From assembly GCA_965261005.1 (NCBI GenBank), contig OZ253375.1:96001-160000 (forward strand): 64,000 nucleotides of DNA, given 5' to 3'. This DNA comes from Deinococcus sp. GTDB taxonomy: Bacteria; Deinococcota; Deinococci; Deinococcales; Deinococcaceae. The first letter of the stretch is position 1. Each line of letters opens with the position of its first letter. The position numbers and the translations under genes were made by a program. Below, piece by piece: positions 38,604 through 48,273 of the stretch. Below the pieces are notes generated by a model. It searched no databases, was not told the origin of the DNA, and saw only the letters and a program-made list of their open reading frames with translations.

Positions 38604-39845
38604 CTACGAGGCGCGTGGCGCCGCGCTTTGGTCTTGCCGCGCTCTGCGCCGGGCCGGCAAGTACAACAAGGCGTAGATGCTGACCACCGAGAGGGCGTAC
38701 ATGGTCAGCGTGAAGCCGAACAGCAGGTGAAAGGCGCCCTCGAAGCCGAGGGCGCTTTGAATCGCGCCGCTGCCCAGGCTGGCGACGGCCCAGCCCGAGT
38801 CCCAGCCGATGGTGTTGACGGCCGCGTACATGCCGCGGTCCTCCTCGGGCAAGCTGTCCATTGCGTAAGCGCTGTACACCGGGCTGGCCGCGTTCATCAG
38901 GGCGCCCCGCGTGAAGAGGGCCACCGTCACCATCCACAATTCGGGCGCGAAGCCCAGAATGGCCAAAAAGGGAAGCGACGACCCCTGCACGATCAAGATG
39001 GCCCACAGCCGCCCGAGGCGCGCCACCAGCCACGGCTGCACCAAGACGGCGACCACCGTGGCGAGGCTGGTCCAAGCGAACAGCTGCCCCAGGCTGGCGT
39101 AGGACACGCCAAACTTGCCCTGGATGAAGACGTTCAGAAACGGAATGACCGCGCCCGCCCCCAGGCCGACGAAGACGTTGGGCAGCACCAAGCGCGCCAT
39201 GCCCCCTTTGTCCTGAATGGCGAGGGTGCGCCCCGGCGCCCTCGGCTTGCCGCTGGGCCTCAGGAATCCCAGCGGAATCAGGCCCAGCAGTTGAAAGGCG
39301 CCGCCGGCCAGCAGGGCAGCCCGAATGCTGCCCAGGTCCTGCGCGCCCAGCCCCACCAGGGCGCCGTACCACCCTGGCACCCGTCCCCCGACGATGTTGC
39401 CGAAAAAGCCCGCCCCGGTCATCAGGGCCGTCTGCACCGAGAAGAGCGAAACCCGCTCGGCCTCGGTCGAGTTGTTGGTCATAAAGGGCGCCCCCGACAC
39501 CACCAAAAAGGCCGCGCCCACCCCTTGCAGCAGGGCGCCCGCGATGGTCTGCGCGGCGCCGCCCGCCGTGGCGAGCGTTAGAAAGCCGCCCACCGCCAGC
39601 CCCGCCCCGAGTTGCAGCGTGCGCGCGTAGGAGACGCGCCGCGCCAGCGCCGCCGCCGGTAGGCCCGCCACCACCAGGGACAGCGCCGGCAGGGCGTTCA
39701 TCAGGCCCTGAAACTCTGCGCCCAGCCCCAGCGCCTTGAGATAAAAGTTGAGGAACAAATTCAACTGCGCCTGCGCCAGGCCAAAACCGAAGGTGCCCAG
39801 CAAGAACAGCCAAGCCTGCTTTGAAAAGCGCCACTTGACCTTCAA
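38604..39845 (-). CDS. MFS transporter
   Basis: About 12 hydrophobic segments with MFS-like loop motifs. Start tentatively the TTG overlapping the nth stop. Confidence 0.85.
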   Translation of the reverse strand: MKVKWRFSKQAWLFLLGTFGFGLAQAQLNLFLNFYLKALGLGAEFQGLMNALPALSLVVAGLPAAALARRVSYARTLQLGAGLAVGGFLTLATAGGAAQTIAGALLQGVGAAFLVVSGAPFMTNNSTEAERVSLFSVQTALMTGAGFFGNIVGGRVPGWYGALVGLGAQDLGSIRAALLAGGAFQLLGLIPLGFLRPSGKPRAPGRTLAIQDKGGMARLVLPNVFVGLGAGAVIPFLNVFIQGKFGVSYASLGQLFAWTSLATVVAVLVQPWLVARLGRLWAILIVQGSSLPFLAILGFAPELWMVTVALFTRGALMNAASPVYSAYAMDSLPEEDRGMYAAVNTIGWDSGWAVASLGSGAIQSALGFEGAFHLLFGFTLTMYALSVVSIYALLYLPARRRARQDQSAAPRAS

Positions 39846-40483
39846 GCCACGCCCACCTTCGGGCAGTGAGCTTCCAAGACGCACCCGCCGCACAGCGGCT
39901 TGCGCGCCAAGCAGATCCGCCGCCCGTGCAGAATCAGCGCGTGGTGCAGGAAAATCCAGTCCCCCTCGGGAAAGAGGGCCGTCAGGTCGCGCTCGACCTT
40001 GTTGGGGTCTGTCTCCACCGAGAAGCCCAGCCGCCGCGCCAAGCGCCCGACGTGGGTGTCCACCGCGATGGCGGGCCGCCCGTAGGCGTTCGACAAGACG
40101 ACGTTGGCCGTCTTGCGCCCCGCTCCCGGCAAGGCCACCACCGCGTCGAAGTCGTTCGGCACCAAGCCAGAGTGGCGCTCCAAGAGCAATTGCGCCAAGC
40201 GCACCAGGTTCTTGGCCTTATTGCGGTAGAGGCCGATGGACCGGATGTGGGTTTCCACCTCCTCCGGCGTGGCGCGGGCGAGTTCAAACGCGGTGGGGTA
40301 CTGCGCGAACAACCCCGGCGTGGCGGCGTTCACGCTCACGTCGGTCGCCTGCGCCGACAGGACGGTGGCGACCAGCAGCTCGAAGGGATTGCGGTAGGCC
40401 AATTCAGTTTTGGCGTCCGGATAGGCGGTGCGCAGCAGCTCAAGCACGGTCAGGGCGCGGCGCACTTCTGTGAGGGGAGGCAT
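39842..40483 (-). CDS. nth: Endonuclease III
   Basis: LLVATVLSAQATD, HhH LPGAGRKTANVV, AVDTHV, C-terminal Cys cluster C.ARKP.C..C.L...C. Confidence 0.96.
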   Translation of the reverse strand: MPPLTEVRRALTVLELLRTAYPDAKTELAYRNPFELLVATVLSAQATDVSVNAATPGLFAQYPTAFELARATPEEVETHIRSIGLYRNKAKNLVRLAQLLLERHSGLVPNDFDAVVALPGAGRKTANVVLSNAYGRPAIAVDTHVGRLARRLGFSVETDPNKVERDLTALFPEGDWIFLHHALILHGRRICLARKPLCGGCVLEAHCPKVGVA

Positions 40484-40531
40484 GGGCAAGCCAGCATAGC
40501 GCCCCAAAGTTCTGAAGGGTCGCCCGCCTCT

Positions 40532-41627
40532 TTACTCCTCGTCTCCCGCGCCCTCGGCCGCCCGCTTGCCGGCCAGCCACTCCAGGCCCGCCCACATGAA
40601 CTCGCCGAGGTCGCCGTCGAGCACCGCCGCCGAGTCGTGCCTCATCACGCCGGTGCGGTGGTCCTTGACGTACTGTTTGTCGAGCACGTAGGAGCGAATC
40701 TGGCTGCCCCACTCGATCTTCTGCTGCTCGCCGCGCGCCCGGGCGTCCTCCTCCTCACGCTTTCGCATCTCCATGTCGTAGAGGCGCTGCCTGAGAATCT
40801 GAAAGGCCATCTCGCGGTTCTTGATTTGGCTGCGCGTCACCTGAATCGCCACGATCAGGCCGGTGGGCAGGTGGGTCACGCGCACGGCCGAGTCGGTGGT
40901 GTTGACGCCCTGGCCGCCCGCCCCCTGCGAGCGGTACACGTCCACCCGCACGTCCGAGTCGGGAATCTGAATGTCTATTTCCTGCTCGGGCACCTCGGGC
41001 ACCACGTCCACCGAGGCGAAGGAGGTGTGGCGGCGGTTGTTGGAGTCAAAGGGGGAGACCCGCACCAGGCGGTGAACGCCGTGTTCGGGGGCCATCATGC
41101 CGTAGGCGCGCTCGCCCCGGATGATGAATTGGGCGCTGGTCACGCCGGCTTGGTCGCCGGCCTGCTCGTCCAGCAGCTCCACCTTGAAGCCGTTTCGCTC
41201 GCCCCAGCGCATGTACATGCGGGCCAGCATGCCGGCCCAATCCTGCGCCTCGGTGCCGCCCGCCCCCGGCTTGACCAGCACGATGGCGGGGGCGCCGGCG
41301 TGCTTCATGGTAAATAAGGTCTCGCGGTACAGCGCGTCCACACCGGCCTGCAAGGTCTCTTGCTCGCTTGCCAGCAGCTCTTTTTCCTCGCCGGAGGCCA
41401 GCTCCAGCATCTCGGACAGCCCCTCGGCGTCGCCGCTGAGGGCGCCGTAGCTGTCCACCAATCTGCGCAGCGAGGTCGCCTCCTGCGTGACGGCGCGGGC
41501 GTGGTTTTGGTCGTTCCACAGAGCCGGGTCTTCCAACTCGTGGTCCAATTCGTTCAGGCGCTTTTCCTTGGCGGGAATGTCAAAGATACTCCCGGAGGGC
41601 GGCCAGCTTTTCAAGCAGCTCTTCCAT
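40532..41627 (-). CDS. prfB: Peptide chain release factor 2 (programmed +1 frameshift after codon 15)
   Basis: ATG 41627 reads [15 protein letters not shown], then CTT TGA C (41585-41579) with internal SD GGGAG. The +1 frame continues DIPAKEKRL... and carries the SPF and GGQ motifs. Confidence 0.97.
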
Positions 41628-41646
41628 AGCAAAGGGAAGTATACGC

Positions 41647-42300
41647 CTACAGCGGTGTCTCGGGCTGCCCTTGCACGCCGACCCACAGCACCCGCGCGCC
41701 AGGACTCAGCAGCACCTCGGCGGGCACGTACATCTTCCAAAAGTCGTTCCAAGGCACCACGTCCGGCAGCCCCATGGCGGTTTGCAGGTCGTTTTGGTAG
41801 TTCGAGCAATAGAACGTCCCCGGCTGGTTGCTGAGGTTGTAGGCCGAACCGTTCAGACGCCGCACCTCGGCGCGCATGGCCGGCAAGTTCGCTTCTCGCA
41901 CGCCCACGTCCAGCACGATCACGGCGTAGCGGCTGTACAGGTGCGAGGTGGGGTACACCCCCGCCCCGCCCTCGAAGGGGCTGATGGACTCGGCCAGCAG
42001 GCCCGGCCCCAGCTTGCGCGCGACGTGCGAGCACGGTCCCCAGAAGTTGACCGCCTCGGCCCGGCGCCAGCACGCCAAGACAATGCTGCCGGCCGGGGCG
42101 CGCGTCAGGGCGCCGCGCACGCTGGTCAGCTGCGCCGCCGGCACGCGCTGATCGAGCAGCAGGCGCGCCGGGTCAAGCCGCGCGTCCCAGGCCGAATCTG
42201 TCTTAAAGTCCAGGGCCAGCACGCCCTGGGTGGCGATGGGCGCGCAGCTGGACAGTCCCAGCCCACCGGCCAGCAGCCCGAGAAGAAGGCGCGAATGCAT
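41647..42300 (-). CDS. Lipoprotein, probable permuted papain-like (YaeF/YiiX-type NlpC/P60) fold
   Basis: Lipobox LSSC. SHV precedes YN...FYCS, i.e. His-before-Cys order. Confidence 0.65.
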   Translation of the reverse strand: MHSRLLLGLLAGGLGLSSCAPIATQGVLALDFKTDSAWDARLDPARLLLDQRVPAAQLTSVRGALTRAPAGSIVLACWRRAEAVNFWGPCSHVARKLGPGLLAESISPFEGGAGVYPTSHLYSRYAVIVLDVGVREANLPAMRAEVRRLNGSAYNLSNQPGTFYCSNYQNDLQTAMGLPDVVPWNDFWKMYVPAEVLLSPGARVLWVGVQGQPETPL

Positions 42301-42434
42301 GCCTCAAGTTAAGGTATGAAGCTTTGGTGAGATGGTGATTTCCTCGACAGAGCCGTTATTTGAGTTGTTTTGCTTGGTAAAGCGGTAAAGCCAACATCAT
42401 CAAATTCACACACCGTGTTATGTTGGCGGCAGCT

Positions 42435-42632
42435 ATGTTTGCCACCAACAACCGCGCCGGCTGCGTCACGGGCATTCTGATGCTGCTGCTGGTGTTGCTC
42501 AACGTCGGCGAGGTGATCTCGCTGGTGATCAACGTCACGCACGGCCACGCCCGTTGGCTGGGCGACTTGTTGGTGGCGGCCGTCCTGAACGCCATCGGCT
42601 TTTACCTGTTGCGGCTGGCCAGAGAAGACTAG
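42435..42632 (+). CDS. Small two-TM membrane protein
   Basis: 65-aa hydrophobic ORF with TATGTT upstream; ends 9 nt before the deacetylase gene. Confidence 0.55.
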   Translation: MFATNNRAGCVTGILMLLLVLLNVGEVISLVINVTHGHARWLGDLLVAAVLNAIGFYLLRLARED

Positions 42633-42641
42633 ATTGCCCGT

Positions 42642-43544
42642 ATGACGCCGTTCCGGGCGTATTCGCCCGTCGCCCACACCTTTCCGCTGCCGGAAGGGCA
42701 CCGCTTTCCCATCTACAAGTACGCCGGCGTGGTGGAGCGTTTGCGCGGCCAGCTGCCCATTTTGGACACGCCCGCCCTCGATTGGGCGCTGGCGGAAGCC
42801 GTTCATGACCCCGCCTACCTGCGCCGCTGGCGAACCGGCGAGGTGTCGCGTGAGGAGGTGCGCGCCTTTGGGCTGCCGTGGAGTCCGCAGGTGGTCGAGC
42901 GCGCCCGCCGCGCCTCGGGCGGGACGCTGGCGGCGGCGCGCGACGCCCTGGAGAGCGGTTGGGGCGTCAACCTTGCCGGCGGCACCCACCACGCTTTTTT
43001 TGACCGCGCCGAAGGCTTTTCCCTGCTCAACGACGTGGTGATCGCCCTTCGCGCGCTGCTGGCTGAGGGCTTGGCAACACGTATTCTGGTCCTCGACCTC
43101 GACGTGCATCAAGGCAACGGCACCGCCAAGCTGCTCGAACATGAGCCGCGCGCCCTGACCCTGAGCGTCCACGGCGCGCGCAACTACCCCTTTCGCAAGG
43201 AGCGCAGCGATCTCGACGTGAACTTGCTCGACGGCGTGAGCGACGCCGAGTACTTGGCCGTGCTGGAGGCGCAGGTCTTTCCCGAGTTGGAGGCGTTCCG
43301 GCCCGACCTGATCTTTTACCTGGCGGGGGTGGACGTGCTGGCCGGCGACCGCTTCGGCCGCTTCGCACTGACTTTGGCAGGAGCTGACGAGCGCAGCCGG
43401 CGGGTCTACCGCTGGTGCGCCCGCGCCGGCGTGCCGGTGGTCAGCTTGATGGCCGGAGGCTACAACCGCGATCCCGCGCTGACCGTGGCCGCCCACGCGC
43501 GCACGGTGGAGGTCGGTTTGGACGTCTGGAACCGCTTACCTTAA
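42642..43544 (+). CDS. Histone deacetylase family protein
   Basis: [46 protein letters not shown] -10 box 6 nt before ATG. Confidence 0.95.
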   Translation: MTPFRAYSPVAHTFPLPEGHRFPIYKYAGVVERLRGQLPILDTPALDWALAEAVHDPAYLRRWRTGEVSREEVRAFGLPWSPQVVERARRASGGTLAAARDALESGWGVNLAGGTHHAFFDRAEGFSLLNDVVIALRALLAEGLATRILVLDLDVHQGNGTAKLLEHEPRALTLSVHGARNYPFRKERSDLDVNLLDGVSDAEYLAVLEAQVFPELEAFRPDLIFYLAGVDVLAGDRFGRFALTLAGADERSRRVYRWCARAGVPVVSLMAGGYNRDPALTVAAHARTVEVGLDVWNRLP

Positions 43545-43565
43545 TTGGTACTTAACTTACCAATT
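43543..43565. promoter_or_regulatory. AT-rich perfect inverted repeat, candidate operator upstream of the Crp/Fnr gene
   Basis: AATTGGTA-N7-TACCAATT. Confidence 0.5.
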
Positions 43566-43689
43566 TTGTGCCCTGCGCCTGGGTTGGTTCACGGGGAGAC
43601 CGCTACACTTCAACAATAGAAGTGAGGCGCCGCGTCAACGATGAGGATGTGGGCCTTGTTTTCTTTTCTCGAAACTTCAAGGAGCGACC

Positions 43690-44328
43690 ATGTCCCCACT
43701 GCACGGCGAGCCGATTCATTCCCCAGAGACCCGTCCTATTTCCGAGCCACAAGGTCGGCCGCTTCGCCGGGGTGACACCCTCTACTACACCGGCGACCCG
43801 AGCACCAGCTTGTACCGCCTCGATGGCGGGCTGCTGCGCGCCATTCGCCTCACGGCGCAGGGGCGCAACCTGACCGTGCGCCACATCCAGCCCGGCGACA
43901 TTTTCGGCGAGGAGGCGTTGCACGGCTTGGCGCGCAGCCATCAGGTGGTGGCCTTGACCGAAGCCAACGTCACGCCCATCTACACCCAGATGCTCGGCAG
44001 CGAGGAGCTGTGGGGCGTGACGCGCTCCCTGAGCGCGCAGCTTCAGCGGGTCATGAACGACGGCGTCCACATTCAGGACGGCGAGCTGCGCGAGCGCATC
44101 GCGCGCTATCTGCTCAATCTGGCCGGCTCCAGCTTGGGGGGCGTTCACGCCGACGGCCGCCGCTTCGTGCGCGCCACCCACGAATTGATCGCCGAGGGCA
44201 CCGGCGCCACGCGCGAGTCGGTCAGCAAGCTGATCGGCGAGATGCGCGACGACGGCCTCTTGTCCCCGGCTTACCGCTGCATCACCCTGCAACACGAGGA
44301 GGCCCTGCGCGCTTTGTCGGGCATGTGA
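43690..44328 (+). CDS. Crp/Fnr family transcriptional regulator (SdrP/LdrP-like)
   Basis: cNMP-like barrel ([10 protein letters not shown]) and HTH ([18 protein letters not shown]). RBS AAGGAG. Confidence 0.92.
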   Translation: MSPLHGEPIHSPETRPISEPQGRPLRRGDTLYYTGDPSTSLYRLDGGLLRAIRLTAQGRNLTVRHIQPGDIFGEEALHGLARSHQVVALTEANVTPIYTQMLGSEELWGVTRSLSAQLQRVMNDGVHIQDGELRERIARYLLNLAGSSLGGVHADGRRFVRATHELIAEGTGATRESVSKLIGEMRDDGLLSPAYRCITLQHEEALRALSGM

Positions 44329-44338
44329 GACAACAGCA

Positions 44339-45340
44339 TTAAAGTAAACCCAGCCGCTCGAATTCCCGCCGCGCCGCCGCCTCAAACAGGGCGGCGGCCT
44401 CGTCAAAGGGCGCCATCACGGTCGCGCCGGCCGCCGCGACGTGTCCGCCGCCCCCGCAGGCGACGGCGATGTTCTGCGCGCTCACCTTGCCGCGCGACCG
44501 CAGCGAGAGCTTCACGCGGTCGCCGTAGTCCTTGAACAGGCAGGCCAGTTCGGTGCCCTCGGCCGAGCGGATCACGCTCACGTACGCCTCGACGTCTTCC
44601 CAGCGCGCGCCCGCCGCCGCCAGCATGGCCCCGTTCACCTGCGCCGTGACGAGTAAGCCGCCGAAGCCGTAGGCCATGCTCCCCAGCACCCGCTCCAAGA
44701 GGGCGTAATAGGAGGGCGGTTGCTGCGCCAGCGTCTCGTTGATGCCCGCCAAGTCCGCGCCGCGCTCGACCAAGTCGGCCGCCGCGCGCAGCACCTCGGC
44801 GGTGGTATTGGAGAAGCGGAACGAGCCGGTGTCCGTATTCAGGCCCAGCAGCAGCGGCGTGGCGACGTCGGGGGTGAGGGAGACGCCCAGCGCCTCGATC
44901 AGGTGCAGGACCATCAGGGCGGTGGCGGCCTTGGTGGGATCCACCAAGCTGAAGTCGGCCGTTCGGCGGTTGGTGCCGTGATGGTCCACGTTCACGACCT
45001 CGCCCGCGTAGCTGCCCACGTCCGCGCCCTCGACGCGCGCGAGGTCGGTGTTGTCCACGTCCAGCACCACCAACAGCGCCCCCACCGGCCACGCCTCCAA
45101 AGCGGGTTCCACCTCGCCGGGCCGCACGAAGGGGCGCAGGTACTTGGGCAGCCGCATGTACACCCGCGCCGGCTTGCCCAGCGCCGCGAGCGCGCGCGCC
45201 AGGCCCAGGCAGCTGCCCAGGGCGTCGCCGTCGGGGTCCACGTGCGACACGATGACGATGGGACCCGCCTGCGCGCGCAGCTTGGCGGCGATGGCGCGCG
45301 TGAGTTCGGCGTAGCGGGGTTCGGCGGCGTTGGCGGTCAT
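44339..45340 (-). CDS. nrnA: DHH/DHHA1 phosphoesterase (nanoRNase/pAp phosphatase NrnA-like)
   Basis: SHVDPDGDALGS, VLDV, NVDHH, TDTGSF, GGGHVAAAGA. TATACT -10 box 6 nt before ATG 45340. Confidence 0.88.
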   Translation of the reverse strand: MTANAAEPRYAELTRAIAAKLRAQAGPIVIVSHVDPDGDALGSCLGLARALAALGKPARVYMRLPKYLRPFVRPGEVEPALEAWPVGALLVVLDVDNTDLARVEGADVGSYAGEVVNVDHHGTNRRTADFSLVDPTKAATALMVLHLIEALGVSLTPDVATPLLLGLNTDTGSFRFSNTTAEVLRAAADLVERGADLAGINETLAQQPPSYYALLERVLGSMAYGFGGLLVTAQVNGAMLAAAGARWEDVEAYVSVIRSAEGTELACLFKDYGDRVKLSLRSRGKVSAQNIAVACGGGGHVAAAGATVMAPFDEAAALFEAAARREFERLGLL

Positions 45341-45418
45341 GCGGGCAGTATACGGGCATGGGGATTGTGGACGTAGAAACTTGGGGCGCCGGCTTGGCGG
45401 GCGGGTATACTTGCGGGC

Positions 45419-46141
45419 GTGCCGCTGTTCTTCAACTTGGCCGCGCTGACCGGCGAGGAGCTTGAGCGCCTGCTGGGCGAGGCCGCCGCGCAAAAGCTGC
45501 GCCCGGACGTGTCGCGCGCCCGCATGGAGGGCAAGCCGTACCGTGGCCCGGAACTGGCCGCCGCGCTGCGCTTCGAGCCGCTCGGCCAAGCGGGGGGGGA
45601 CCAGGTGGGCGGGAGCCAGGCGGGCGCAAGACTGGGCGGTTGGGGCGCAACCCCACAGCACGCCCGCCGCCTGAGCGCGCTGGCGGGAGAATTGCGCGCC
45701 CAGGACTTCACCGAACTGGGCGCGGTCTACCTGCCGGGGGCGCTGGAGGCGCGCCACCAACTCGCCCTGTGCGGCGCGGGCCACGTGGCCGCCGCGCTGC
45801 GCTGGAGCGAAACCCTCGGTGAGCGGGCCGAGGCGCCGTTTGCCCAGCTGCTCAGCTTGCTGCGCGACCGCGCCTCGGGCTTCACGGCGGTGCTGACCAG
45901 CACGGCGCGCCGCTTGCCGGCGCCCACGCTCAGCCCGGAAGTCGCGCTGCGCCACCTGCCCGGCGCGGGCGCGGGGGAGGCGCTCGCCGTTCACCTCGGC
46001 GAGGTCGCCCGCCACGGCCGCGCGTCACGGGTGACCGGCTTGGCGGACTGGGCGCGCGTTCAACAGGCGGCCCGCGCCCTGAACGTGGCGGCCTGGTCGG
46101 GGCGCGGCGCCCTGATCGAGTTGGCGGAGCATCCGGCGTGA
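45419..46141 (+). CDS. Hypothetical protein
   Basis: 240-aa ORF with TATACT 7 nt before GTG, coupled (GTGA) to the HAD gene. Confidence 0.75.
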   Translation: MPLFFNLAALTGEELERLLGEAAAQKLRPDVSRARMEGKPYRGPELAAALRFEPLGQAGGDQVGGSQAGARLGGWGATPQHARRLSALAGELRAQDFTELGAVYLPGALEARHQLALCGAGHVAAALRWSETLGERAEAPFAQLLSLLRDRASGFTAVLTSTARRLPAPTLSPEVALRHLPGAGAGEALAVHLGEVARHGRASRVTGLADWARVQQAARALNVAAWSGRGALIELAEHPA

Positions 46142-46764
46142 GCGCGCCCGGCGCGGCGGCGGGGCGGCACGTCGCCTTCGATTGGGGTGGCGTCTTTACC
46201 CTCGGCACCTTCGACGGTTATTCAACCGAGCGCCTGGCCGCCCACTTCGGGCGGGACCTGACCGAGGTGCGCCGCCACTACTTCGCGCTGGTGCACCATC
46301 TGGAAGTGGGGGAGTGGACCTTGCCCGCCTTTTGGCAGGAGTTGGCCGCGCGCTTGAACCTGAGAGGCGTGCCCTACGCCGACTTCGAGGCCCTCTACAC
46401 CGGCTCGGTGCGGCGCAACGAGGCCATGTACGACCTGCTCACGCGGCTGCCCGCAGGGGTGCGGGTGGGCCTGCTCAGCAACAACTACCCGGTGGTCAGC
46501 GATGTGCTGCGCGAGGAAGCCGCCTTCGCGCGCTTCGACGCCTTGGTGTTCAGCAACGAGTTGGGCCACAAAAAGCCGGCCCCGGAGGCTTTTGACGCCC
46601 TCGCGCTGGCCCTCGGCGTGCCGCCGGAGGAGTGCGCCTTTGTGGACGACGTGGCCGAGAACATCGCGGCGGCGGAACGAAGCGGCTTTCACGGCCTGCT
46701 GTACCAGGAAGCGCGCCACGCCGACTTCGAGGCGGCGCTCGCGGGTTGGCTGGCGGGCGGATGA
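46138..46764 (+). CDS. HAD family phosphatase
   Basis: FDWGGV, LLSNN, KKPAPEAF, FVDD..ENI. Confidence 0.9.
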   Translation: MSAPGAAAGRHVAFDWGGVFTLGTFDGYSTERLAAHFGRDLTEVRRHYFALVHHLEVGEWTLPAFWQELAARLNLRGVPYADFEALYTGSVRRNEAMYDLLTRLPAGVRVGLLSNNYPVVSDVLREEAAFARFDALVFSNELGHKKPAPEAFDALALALGVPPEECAFVDDVAENIAAAERSGFHGLLYQEARHADFEAALAGWLAGG

Positions 46765-47093
46765 TGGGACTCGCCATTCGCCTGCTGCAAGGCTACCTGT
46801 GGCACCCGGCGGACGCGGACGTCGAGCTGAGCGCCTACCTGCCGGGGGAATTGGCCGGCGCTCAACTGCTGTGGGACGAGGTGCGGCCCCCCTTCGCCTT
46901 TTTCGAGAACGGCGAGCTGAGCGCTTCCCAGACCTTTTACCAATTCACCGCCCTGCGCCGTTACGAGGGGCGTCCAGAGAACGAGACGCTGCACGCCCAC
47001 GCGCTCGCCCTGCAAGGCGAACTCAGTCCCCGGTTGGAGGCCACTCCCCCCGGCGTGGGCTGGCAGCTGTGGGAGGACTTGCGCGAGCTGTGA
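46761..47093 (+). CDS. DUF3208-like conserved Deinococcota protein
   Basis: IRLLQGYLWHP...PPFAFFENG....QTFYQFT...PPGVGWQL.EDLR. ATGA coupling to the HAD gene. Confidence 0.7.
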   Translation: MMGLAIRLLQGYLWHPADADVELSAYLPGELAGAQLLWDEVRPPFAFFENGELSASQTFYQFTALRRYEGRPENETLHAHALALQGELSPRLEATPPGVGWQLWEDLREL

Positions 47094-47151
47094 AGGCGCA
47101 TTCGAGAAATTTCGCGCGGCCTAAAATAGCTCTGGGTTACACTGAACCCCT

Positions 47152-47343
47152 ATGACGCCGCGCTGGCTCGATTTGTATTGTGGCGACGATTCACACCCGC
47201 GCCGCTTCGACCGTTTGGACACGGCGCTCGCCTACCTGCGCCGCATCGAGCGCTTGCCGGAAGACGCGCTGGCCACCCTCGTGCGCGACGGCCAGGTCGC
47301 GCCGCCCCTCGCGCGGCGCGATTACCGCCTCGGCCGGCGCTGA
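47152..47343 (+). CDS. Small hypothetical protein
   Basis: 63-aa ORF with TACACT -10 box upstream and host-like codon usage. Confidence 0.6.
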   Translation: MTPRWLDLYCGDDSHPRRFDRLDTALAYLRRIERLPEDALATLVRDGQVAPPLARRDYRLGRR

Positions 47344-47360
47344 CGCTCATCTCACACTGG

Positions 47361-48257
47361 CTACAAGCTGAGCGCCACCAGCAGCCGCTCCAAGCTGAGG
47401 GCGGGCGAGCGGCCGGACTTCATGGCGAGGTCGGCCTCCGCGACGCGCCGCAGGTGCGCGGCGATCTTGGCCTCGCTGAGGCGCCCCGCGACCTCCAAAG
47501 CCTTTTTGGCCGGGTAGGGCTTGACGCCCAAGCGGGCGGCCGCCGCCTGTTCCCCCACGATTCCCTCTTGTCGCAAGGCCACGCAGCGCGCGACCAGGCC
47601 GTATTGCCACACCACCGCGCCCAGCAGCCGGTAGGGGTCCTCGCCCCGCGCGAGCAGGCGCGTCAGCTGCGACAGCGCCTCGCCGGGCCGGCCGGCCGTG
47701 GCCGCGTCCAGCATCGCGAAGCTGTCGCCCGGCGCCTCCAGTCCCACCACGCGCGCCACACCTTCGCGGTCCGGCGGCCCGCCGAGCAGGGCCAGCTTGT
47801 TCAGCTCGCCGGCGATGGAGGCGAGGTCCGGCCCGAACACCTCGGCCAGGTAGAGGGCGGCGCCCTGTTCCAGCTTGAGGCCGCGCTCGCGCGCCCGCTT
47901 CACCGTCCAGCCGGCCACCTCGCTGGGCTTTTGCGGGGCCGCTGAGGCGAAGTGCTGCCCCTGCTCTTGGTACAGCTTGACGCGCGAGGCGGGCGCGGCC
48001 GGGTCGAGCACGGCCAGCGTGACGGGCGCCGCCCCGACAAGCGCCAGCAGGTCCTTGCTGGGCTTGACCCCCTCCAGGTCCAGCACCACCGCGCCGTCAC
48101 CGAACAGCGAGGGGGCCAGCAGCGGGGCGAGCGCCGCCGCCGTGACTTCCTCGCCGGACAGGCGCGGCAAGTCGCGCAGCCTGAGGCCGCGCTCCAGCAA
48201 GGTGGTGCGCGCCTGCTCTTCCAGCAAAAAGCGGTTGCCGGTGAAGCCGAGCAGCAT
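47361..48257 (-). CDS. holA: DNA polymerase III delta subunit
   Basis: G..FL.E, PSLFG, ELNKLAL, F.MLDA, ADLAMKSG...LERL patterns. RBS GGAGGT. Confidence 0.85.
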   Translation of the reverse strand: MLLGFTGNRFLLEEQARTTLLERGLRLRDLPRLSGEEVTAAALAPLLAPSLFGDGAVVLDLEGVKPSKDLLALVGAAPVTLAVLDPAAPASRVKLYQEQGQHFASAAPQKPSEVAGWTVKRARERGLKLEQGAALYLAEVFGPDLASIAGELNKLALLGGPPDREGVARVVGLEAPGDSFAMLDAATAGRPGEALSQLTRLLARGEDPYRLLGAVVWQYGLVARCVALRQEGIVGEQAAAARLGVKPYPAKKALEVAGRLSEAKIAAHLRRVAEADLAMKSGRSPALSLERLLVALSL

Positions 48258-48273
48258 CAGCCTTCACCTCCGG

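Noticed and set aside
40532..42073. 513-aa ORF as full-length RF2
   Set aside because: The upstream extension overlaps the lipoprotein gene. The true gene starts at 41627 and frameshifts.
43690..44328. Calling the Crp gene ddrI
   Set aside because: From recall, the sequence looks like a different Deinococcota Crp paralogue. A symbol cannot be assigned without a search.
44339..46015. 558-aa ORF as a DHH fusion protein
   Set aside because: The N-terminal part is antisense to gene 45419-46141. The leaderless start at 45340 explains the DHH protein.
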